A stretch of DNA of 43,746 bases from Bacteroidia bacterium (GTDB lineage: Bacteria > Bacteroidota > Bacteroidia > UBA4408), in the NCBI GenBank assembly GCA_040080595.1, contig JBEBIC010000001.1, forward strand, positions 1 through 43,746. The letters are read 5' to 3'. A program made the translations under genes and the position numbers. The notes under the pieces are model-generated. The model was not told the DNA's origin and did not search any database. It worked only from the letters and a program-made list of their open reading frames with translations. Numbering within the stretch: position 1 is the first letter of the stretch; each line of letters starts with the position of its first letter. This document shows positions 25,885 to 31,357 of this stretch, piece after piece.

Positions 25885-27018
25885 TTAATTATGGTTTTTA
25901 GCATTAAAGCCTAACGAAACACCAATTCTAAATCCACTTTTGGCAGGTACTACGTACGCATTTACAGGTAAGTTAAGTTTGCCCGATTTAAACGTACGAC
26001 CAACAGCTAGTATAAAACCCGAATTTAATTTTACATTGCCACGGCTATCCAAACGTTCAATAATTTCGTACGGATTGGCAATGCCTGCATTATCTTTATT
26101 CCACTCACCCTCTCTGCGCCAATCGCCATTGGAATCGTAATAGCCGTATGCTTTGGTAATAATATTAATGGTAGGGCCTAAGGCAAATTCCCAACCATTT
26201 ACATTGCTACGCAAACCATGCAAAAGCGAAAAGCTGGGTATAAACAAACCTTGGTCAAGCCCTGTTATCATTGGTAAAAATTCAAACAATGCTTGTACGT
26301 TTCCTTCGTTTAAATATTGTTTTTCAAACTGATAACCAAACTGAAACATTACAGGATAGCCGTCAAACCCACCTGACGCTTTTGATTGTTGTAACACTTT
26401 ACCTGTGTTACCTGTAAAGCCAACAAAACCAAGGCGAGGGCCATCAAGTTGCAAACGGTCTTGGTTAGGATTATTTGATGAATTGTCAAAGCCATCTACT
26501 TTGGTAAGTTTGGCTAACAAATTAGCATCAACAGGTTTGCCAAACATTGTTTGTACTATAATAGCTGTAAGGCTTTGCAGTTCTTCAGGCAAATTCAAAA
26601 ACTCTATAACGGTTGTTTTTTCTATGCTTTTGCTTTTTACATCTATTAAGCGGAGGGTATAAATAATAGATTTTGGATATTTTTCAATACTACCGCTAAG
26701 CATCTTGTCCGATTTTATTATTTCGCCTATTTCGGTAAGGCATATTTTCCCAAAACAGTTGTCTATTTTTACTTTGTTTTTTTCTACCATATACGCCACG
26801 TCGTACCTGTCCATTACTTGATAGTTGTCGAGTTTTTCTAACTCTATACGTACCAAATTGCCCACTTGCTCGGAGTTGGCAATACCGCTTAAACCGCCAG
26901 CATCAACAGATAGCACAGTAAGTGTTTGTTTGGGTAATAATGAACCTTGCGCATTAACAATAAACGCTGTTATGCTTAATGCAGTAGTAATTACTATTGT
27001 TTTTAGTGTAGTTTTCAT
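25885..27018 (-). CDS. P1: secreted protein with N-terminal CsgG/LpoB/FlgO-like (TolB-N-like) domain and C-terminal beta-barrel-like region; shares leader and 5' UTR with P2
   Basis: 377 aa. It starts MKTTLKTIV like P2 but ends in an SPI-type site (VNAQG). Residues ~30-150 fit the periplasmic alpha/beta pattern of CsgG/LpoB/FlgO-type domains (LTVLSVDAGGL...GNLVRIELEKLDNYQVMDRYDV...EIGEIIKSDKMLSGSIEK...YTLRLIDVKSKSI). The C-terminal ~190 aa is Gly/aromatic-rich and strand-like (GFVGFTG..., MFQFGYQFE..., FRIGVSLGFNA). Confidence 0.7.
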   Translation of the reverse strand: MKTTLKTIVITTALSITAFIVNAQGSLLPKQTLTVLSVDAGGLSGIANSEQVGNLVRIELEKLDNYQVMDRYDVAYMVEKNKVKIDNCFGKICLTEIGEIIKSDKMLSGSIEKYPKSIIYTLRLIDVKSKSIEKTTVIEFLNLPEELQSLTAIIVQTMFGKPVDANLLAKLTKVDGFDNSSNNPNQDRLQLDGPRLGFVGFTGNTGKVLQQSKASGGFDGYPVMFQFGYQFEKQYLNEGNVQALFEFLPMITGLDQGLFIPSFSLLHGLRSNVNGWEFALGPTINIITKAYGYYDSNGDWRREGEWNKDNAGIANPYEIIERLDSRGNVKLNSGFILAVGRTFKSGKLNLPVNAYVVPAKSGFRIGVSLGFNAKNHN

Positions 27019-27035
27019 TTTTATTGGGGTTTAGT
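26990..27035 (-). repeat. Shared start/5'-UTR block, copy at P1
   Basis: ATTACTATTGTTTTTAGTGTAGTTTTCATTTTTATTGGGGTTTAGT is near-identical to 27718-27765 apart from single-T indels. It covers the first 9-10 codons and ~17 nt upstream. Confidence 0.8.
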
Positions 27036-27065
27036 GTTTAACTTAAATTGTTGTTTTATAAACTA

Positions 27066-27746
27066 TTACATCACAATTAAACTTATAAGCATAAGTAGCG
27101 CAATAAGTGCAAGAGGTACTGTAGCTATAAGTGCAATTGTATTGCCTTTGTATTTTTGTTTATTTTTCTTTATAGCTATAAGAGCTATTATTCCAAAAAT
27201 GCCACCCGTTACTAAACTTGCAGCCGCAGCAAATAGGAATAAAGCTCCAAATATTACAGCTACTAAATCAGCAGTTATAATTAGTATTGCACCCAATATT
27301 GTTAGTATAGCACCAATAATTGTAAATGTTAATCCGCTAATGGCGGCAGGGTGCGTAACTATTTGTTCGGTAGCTTTAGCGGAGTTATTGGTATTATTAG
27401 GTTGCGTTCTTATATAGTCGCTAGAGTCTTGCTTAGCTATTGTATTATTACGTTTAGTAATGTGGCGAGTTATTAATGGTGGAGTAGTTTTTGGTGGAGT
27501 GATAATCATTTCGCTGTTGTTGTTTAGCATATTTGTGCTGGCAGAGGTTGTAGCTTCATCTTGTGGTTGTGTGGTAGGTAATTCACTTTCTATAGTGGCT
27601 AACTGTTGTGGTTTAACTTTATTTATTTTGCTATTCCAGTTAATGTTGTAACCGTTGCTGTACATGCGTTTTTGCACAGAGCACGATGTTAGTAGTGTTG
27701 ATGCAACTATTATTGCCATTACTATTGTTTTTAGTGTAGTTTTCAT
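27066..27746 (-). CDS. P2: leader-box membrane protein paralog, type-A C-terminal module
   Basis: 226 aa. MKTTLKTIVMAIIVASTLLTSC lipobox, then SVQKRMYSNGYNINWN. A T/N/Q/P-rich spacer follows. The C-terminus has 3-4 G/A/I/L-rich helices with a basic KKNKQKYKG loop. Confidence 0.75.
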   Translation of the reverse strand: MKTTLKTIVMAIIVASTLLTSCSVQKRMYSNGYNINWNSKINKVKPQQLATIESELPTTQPQDEATTSASTNMLNNNSEMIITPPKTTPPLITRHITKRNNTIAKQDSSDYIRTQPNNTNNSAKATEQIVTHPAAISGLTFTIIGAILTILGAILIITADLVAVIFGALFLFAAAASLVTGGIFGIIALIAIKKNKQKYKGNTIALIATVPLALIALLMLISLIVM

Positions 27747-27765
27747 TTTTTATTGGGGTTTTAGT
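27718..27765 (-). repeat. Shared start/5'-UTR block, copy at P2
   Basis: See 26990-27035. Further upstream, AGTGTTTAA(C/T)T..TTGTT..TATA is also shared. Confidence 0.8.
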
Positions 27766-27811
27766 TGGTTAATTTTGTTTAGTGTTTAATTGAAGTTGTT
27801 TATATTAAAAG

Positions 27812-28438
27812 TTAAAGCGTTAAAAAATTATCCATTGTAGATGTATTCATAAAATAGATTATCCCTATTACCAAAAGAATTGGCATTACTATAAGATATA
27901 CCCAAAATGCTTTTACTGCAAATTTTGCACGCTTTTTAGTTTTAGTTACGTGGGGGTATTTATCTATTTCTCTCAATACACGCTTTGCTAATACAAAACT
28001 TATTATTAGGGCTAAAGGCGACATTGTAAATAAAAATATTGACCCTAACGATATTGAAAATGCTACATTGGCTTCCCTTATTAGTTTTTCCTGTTTTTTT
28101 AAATCATCTTGCTCAGTTCCAATAACCGTATCCAACTTTGTTACTACATTTTTAACCGTATTTAATTTTGTTTTTTTAACAGTTGTTAAACTTATCTTTT
28201 CAGTTTTAGTAACTGTTATTTTGGTTTCGATTGATGCCACGTAGTCGTCTGTTACTAAGCTATCATTAGCTGAGGCTGTTTTAATCTTGTTACTATTTGT
28301 ATCAGTTATGATTGACTTAGGAGCATTGTGTTTATTCATATTCCACGTAAAATTATACCCAGGGCTATACATACGTTTTTGTACGCTACACGATGTAAGT
28401 GTTAGTAATACTATTGTAATTGTGAGTGTAGTTTTCAT
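27812..28438 (-). CDS. P3: leader-box membrane protein paralog, type-B C-terminal module
   Basis: 208 aa. MKTTLTITIVLLTLTSC, then SVQKRMYSPGYNFTWN. The spacer is collinear with P4 up to residue ~104. The C-terminus has helices around the loop VLAKRVLREIDKYPHVTKTKKRAKF. Confidence 0.75.
   Translation of the reverse strand: MKTTLTITIVLLTLTSCSVQKRMYSPGYNFTWNMNKHNAPKSIITDTNSNKIKTASANDSLVTDDYVASIETKITVTKTEKISLTTVKKTKLNTVKNVVTKLDTVIGTEQDDLKKQEKLIREANVAFSISLGSIFLFTMSPLALIISFVLAKRVLREIDKYPHVTKTKKRAKFAVKAFWVYLIVMPILLVIGIIYFMNTSTMDNFLTL
28127..28264 (-). repeat. Internal near-identical block shared by P3 and P4 (copy in P3)
   Basis: Encodes DSLVTDDYVASIETKITVTKTEKISLTTVKKTKLNTVKNVVTKLDT. By eye there are about a dozen mismatches over 138 nt against 28802-28939, including a ~75-nt stretch with a single mismatch. 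Confidence 0.85.
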
Positions 28439-28453
28439 TTTGAGTTTTGTTTA
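28326..28453 (-). repeat. 128-nt leader + 5'-UTR repeat, copy at P3
   Basis: Covers TAAACAAAACTCAAA-ATG plus codons 1 to ~37. It aligns without gaps to 29001-29128 and 29740-29867. The TAA of this block is the stop codon of P4. Confidence 0.85.
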
Positions 28454-29113
28454 TAATGTTGTTATAAAACTAAGAAAGTATAAAAACAGAATTATACTGG
28501 ATAATATAGCTATGATAGAGGGTACGTACCCTTTATATTTTTTATGGTTTGAAATTATTTTCACTAAAGAAAACAAACCTAATAAACCTGCAGCTAAACC
28601 AATAATTAAACCAGTAACAGCTAATACATATAATACAAGTGCAGTTAATATACCATCAACTACTACAAAATATAGTCCTAAATGGAATAGCAATAAACCT
28701 GCTAAAGCACTTATTGCACTCGGTATTGCTGCTTCATAATTTATCTTGTTACTTGTATTTGTTTGTGCATCTCTTTGGTATAGTAATTCTGTTCCATTAA
28801 TTGTATCCAACTTTGTTACTACATTTTTAAACGTATTTAATTTTGTTTTTTTAACAGTTGTTAAACTTATCTTTTCGGTTTTAGCAATAATTATTTTGGT
28901 GTCTGTTGATGCCACGTAGTCGTCTATTACTAAGCTATCATAATGTGTGGTTTCTGCAATTTGATTATTATTTGCAGCAGTTGTATTATGTGTAGGAGTA
29001 TTGTGTTTATTAGTATTCCATATAAAATTATACCCAGGGCTATACATACGTTTTTGTATGCTACACGATGTAAGTGTTAGTAGGGCTACTATAACTGCGA
29101 GTGTAGTTTTCAT
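28451..29113 (-). CDS. P4: leader-box membrane protein paralog, type-A C-terminal module
   Basis: 220 aa. MKTTLAVIVALLTLTSC, then SIQKRMYSPGYNFIWN. The C-terminus has 3-4 G/A/L-rich helices with the loop ISNHKKYKG, as in P2. Its stop lies 12 nt from the P3 start. Confidence 0.75.
   Translation of the reverse strand: MKTTLAVIVALLTLTSCSIQKRMYSPGYNFIWNTNKHNTPTHNTTAANNNQIAETTHYDSLVIDDYVASTDTKIIIAKTEKISLTTVKKTKLNTFKNVVTKLDTINGTELLYQRDAQTNTSNKINYEAAIPSAISALAGLLLFHLGLYFVVVDGILTALVLYVLAVTGLIIGLAAGLLGLFSLVKIISNHKKYKGYVPSIIAILSSIILFLYFLSFITTL
28802..28939 (-). repeat. Internal near-identical block shared by P3 and P4 (copy in P4)
   Basis: Encodes DSLVIDDYVASTDTKIIIAKTEKISLTTVKKTKLNTFKNVVTKLDT. See 28127-28264. 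Confidence 0.85.
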
Positions 29114-29128
29114 TTTGAGTTTTGTTTA
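29001..29128 (-). repeat. 128-nt leader + 5'-UTR repeat, copy at P4
   Basis: See 28326-28453. Confidence 0.85.
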
Positions 29129-29150
29129 AAGAGATGAATATTTTGCTTTT

Positions 29151-29852
29151 TTATATTACAAATGAACCTACACTCATACTAAAAAGACTTATTAACGAGC
29201 CAATAATAAGTGAAAGCCAAAATAATAATAGAGCTATGTTAGCATATTGTTTTGCTGTACGCACCGTTTCCTCTAAATCGTATTCATTATTCACTTTATG
29301 AGGGTTTTCTTTTATTAATTTTAATGTTTTTTTAGCCCATGATTTAGCTAAAAAAGCCGTAACTAACGATGTAGTATAAATTAGTGAAAAAACGAGAATG
29401 AAAATTTCGTTATTAGTATAGTTTAAAAAAAACACATACATAATTCCACCCGTAATAACACCTATTAATGATGCAATTGCGATTTGTTTACTAATTTTTC
29501 CAGTTTTAACAATGTATTTAATTTGTTTAGCACTAACTGTTTTTTTACTTATAAATAGAGTTGAGTCTAACAGTGTATTTTTCTTATGTCTTTTTTGTGG
29601 TAATATATATACGATTTTGGTTTTTTCTTTTTTTGGTAACTCCACATAATCATTAGTGTTTGCTAAAACAGTACTTTCTTCAACACTATTATTTACGCTA
29701 TCTATTTTATATTCAGTTACATTGTTATAAGTTGGGTTATTATGTTTATTAGTATTCCAAGTAAAATTATACCCAGAGCTATACATACGTTTTTGCACAT
29801 TACACGATGCAAGCGTTAGTAATGCTATTATAACAGTGAGTGTAGTTTTCAT
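29151..29852 (-). CDS. P5: leader-box membrane protein paralog, type-B C-terminal module (first gene of the array)
   Basis: 233 aa. MKTTLTVIIALLTLASC, then NVQKRMYSSGYNFTWN. A K/N-rich spacer follows. The C-terminus has helices around the loop FLAKSWAKKTLKLIKENPHKVNNEYDLEETVRTAKQY. Confidence 0.75.
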   Translation of the reverse strand: MKTTLTVIIALLTLASCNVQKRMYSSGYNFTWNTNKHNNPTYNNVTEYKIDSVNNSVEESTVLANTNDYVELPKKEKTKIVYILPQKRHKKNTLLDSTLFISKKTVSAKQIKYIVKTGKISKQIAIASLIGVITGGIMYVFFLNYTNNEIFILVFSLIYTTSLVTAFLAKSWAKKTLKLIKENPHKVNNEYDLEETVRTAKQYANIALLLFWLSLIIGSLISLFSMSVGSFVI

Positions 29853-29867
29853 TTTGAGTTTTGTTTA
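29740..29867 (-). repeat. 128-nt leader + 5'-UTR repeat, copy at P5
   Basis: See 28326-28453. Confidence 0.85.
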
Positions 29868-29878
29868 ATTTTCTGGTA

Positions 29879-29886
29879 CAAACATA
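29879..29886 (-). promoter_or_regulatory. Candidate -7 box (TATGTTTG on the minus strand) for the P5-P1 array
   Basis: CAAACATA on the + strand is the reverse complement of TAnnTTTG. It ends 26 nt upstream of the P5 ATG. I found no comparable box in the 12-65-nt gaps between P5, P4, P3, P2 and P1. Confidence 0.4.
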
Positions 29887-29988
29887 TACCACCACAGTGG
29901 GCTATTAAAACGGTTTTGTAGCCCTGCTTTTTTAAAAGTTGCATAAAACAATAATTTGGAGTACTAAAAAATGTAAAAGCTCAATTAT

Positions 29989-30003
29989 TTGCAATAAATG
30001 CAA
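29989..30003. promoter_or_regulatory. Operator-like palindrome, site 1 (TTGCAATAAATGCAA)
   Basis: Half-sites TTGCA/TGCAA separated by 5 nt. Identical to site 3 and the reverse complement of site 2. It overlaps a TTTG (29988-29991) in about the right place for a -33 element of the regulator promoter. Confidence 0.55.
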
Positions 30004-30014
30004 CTGCCCCCTTA

Positions 30015-30022
30015 TACTTTTG
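30015..30022 (+). promoter_or_regulatory. Candidate -7 box (TACTTTTG) for the HTH regulator gene
   Basis: Exact TAnnTTTG match 50 nt upstream of the ATG at 30073. It overlaps operator-like site 2. Confidence 0.45.
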
Positions 30023-30034
30023 CATTTATTGCAA
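30020..30034. promoter_or_regulatory. Operator-like palindrome, site 2 (TTGCATTTATTGCAA, flipped)
   Basis: Starts exactly 31 nt after site 1 and overlaps the -7 box. Confidence 0.55.
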
Positions 30035-30050
30035 ATAATAATTACCTTAG

Positions 30051-30065
30051 TTGCAATAAATGCAA
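30051..30065. promoter_or_regulatory. Operator-like palindrome, site 3 (TTGCAATAAATGCAA)
   Basis: Starts exactly 31 nt after site 2 and ends 7 nt before the regulator ATG, in the leader region. Confidence 0.55.
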
Positions 30066-30072
30066 ATAAAAT

Positions 30073-31077
30073 ATGCCTAAAAATATACAAGTAGAAATGC
30101 AGGAAGTGTTTGTACAGCACTTAAAACAAAGCGTACCCACCAATGTTTCGCTTGCCGATGATATTGCCGAACTCCTAAACATTAGCAACGACAGTGCTTA
30201 CCGCCGTTTGCGTTGCCAAACTGAGTTTACGCTTGATGAAACCTATAAAATATGTACCAAGTATCGCTTATCGTTAGATTCTATATTTTCCAACAAAGGC
30301 AATATGGTTACGTGCCATTATAACAAGCTAACCAACTCGGCACAAAGTTTTGAAACGTATTTAACCAGCCTATTGCATCAAATACAACAAATGCAAAAAA
30401 CTGAAGGTGCTAAGCTCATTTATGCTGCCGAAGAAGTGCCTATTGTGCGTTCGTTTCATTCAGCTAAATTGGCCGCTTTTAAGCTATTTTACTGGCAACG
30501 CTCGGTTTTAAACGTACCCGAATATCAACACGAAAAATTTACGTGGGACGTTATTCCCCAAGCACAGTTAGATATAGCACAGCAAATAAACACAGGCTAT
30601 ACACAAATAGAAAGTACCGAAATATGGACAAGCGATACCATACAAACCAATATAAAACAGGTAGAATATTATTTTGAGTCGGGGGCTTTTAAACACCGCG
30701 AAGATGCTATAGCAGTGCTTATGGAGTTAAAAACAATGTTGCAATTAATGAGTAATGATGCCGAAATAGAAAATAAAAACACGAATATAAATGGCACAGT
30801 AGTACCATTTAGCCTATATTACAGCGATTTGATGATTGGTACTAACTGCATACACATTAATAGTAACGATAGCTTACTGTCGTACATATCGTTTAACTCG
30901 CTTAACTCATTAGCTACCGCCAACCAAGAATTTTGTGGAGAAATAGACCAATGGATGAAAAATTTAATAAAAAAATCAACCTTAATAAGTGGTGTTGCCG
31001 AAAAACAACGTTTTCAGTTTTTTAACAAAGCCCACAAAGCCATTGACGATTGTATAGACCGCATCAATAATAGTTAA
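30073..31077 (+). CDS. Helix-turn-helix transcriptional regulator with large uncharacterised C-terminal domain
   Basis: 334 aa. Residues ~24-72 (VSLADDIAELLNISNDSAYRRLRCQTEFTLDETYKICTKYRLSLDSIF) have the XRE/cI-type HTH layout. The remaining ~260 aa carries no motif I recognise. It is transcribed divergently from the array. Confidence 0.75.
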   Translation: MPKNIQVEMQEVFVQHLKQSVPTNVSLADDIAELLNISNDSAYRRLRCQTEFTLDETYKICTKYRLSLDSIFSNKGNMVTCHYNKLTNSAQSFETYLTSLLHQIQQMQKTEGAKLIYAAEEVPIVRSFHSAKLAAFKLFYWQRSVLNVPEYQHEKFTWDVIPQAQLDIAQQINTGYTQIESTEIWTSDTIQTNIKQVEYYFESGAFKHREDAIAVLMELKTMLQLMSNDAEIENKNTNINGTVVPFSLYYSDLMIGTNCIHINSNDSLLSYISFNSLNSLATANQEFCGEIDQWMKNLIKKSTLISGVAEKQRFQFFNKAHKAIDDCIDRINNS

Positions 31078-31104
31078 ACACATAAAACATATTTTGACTT
31101 AAAT

Positions 31105-31139
31105 AAAAAAGAGAAGCAAATATTGCTTCTCTTTTTTTG
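31105..31139 (+). terminator. Intrinsic terminator of the regulator gene
   Basis: GAGAAGCAA (31111-31119) pairs with TTGCTTCTC (31123-31131). The stem can be extended by the flanking A-run/T-run and is followed by TTTTTTT. Confidence 0.7.
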
Positions 31140-31357
31140 TGTGGGAGATACTGAGTTTGAACCACTGCCCCCCCAATTATAAACAGGGAAGTGCTGAACC
31201 AATTAATTAAACTATTGTTTCGTAAAAAGGAAAACTACTGCATTAACTTATAAAATTGCTTTTTATTGTACCACAGTGTAAAAATATAGTTGGTATTTAT
31301 TTATACTAAAACAATGCAACCCTCGTTATTACTATCGTATTAACCAACTTTAAAAAA

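Noticed and set aside
27034-28739. Plus-strand ORFs 27034-27417, 27460-27651 and 28287-28739, antisense to the leader-box array
   Set aside because: Their hydrophobic translations are mirror images of the membrane tails on the minus strand. The minus-strand frames carry the conserved leader box, lipoboxes and the shared 5' UTRs, so the array is coded on the minus strand.
29989-30065. Possibility that the inverted palindromes mark an invertible (phase-variable) promoter, as in Bacteroides capsule or fimbrial loci
   Set aside because: No site-specific recombinase or invertase gene is present in the window. The repeats are self-palindromic 15-mers at 31-nt phasing rather than a pair of longer inverted repeats flanking a promoter. 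Repressor operators are the simpler reading.
29932-30120. 62-aa minus-strand ORF spanning the divergent control region and the regulator start
   Set aside because: It overlaps the three palindromes and the regulator start codon, and its translation is AT-rich junk (LYIFRHILFAF...). The region is better explained as promoter and operator DNA.
31141-31175. tRNA-like fragment: the reverse strand reads ...GGCAGTGGTTCAAACTCAGTATCTCCCAC, resembling a T-arm GGTTCAAAT motif (possible att remnant)
   Set aside because: I could not fold a 5-bp T-stem with a 7-nt loop, an acceptor stem or an anticodon arm in either orientation. No integrase is nearby. It is most likely chance similarity in a 280-nt intergenic region, and tRNAscan or Infernal could confirm this.
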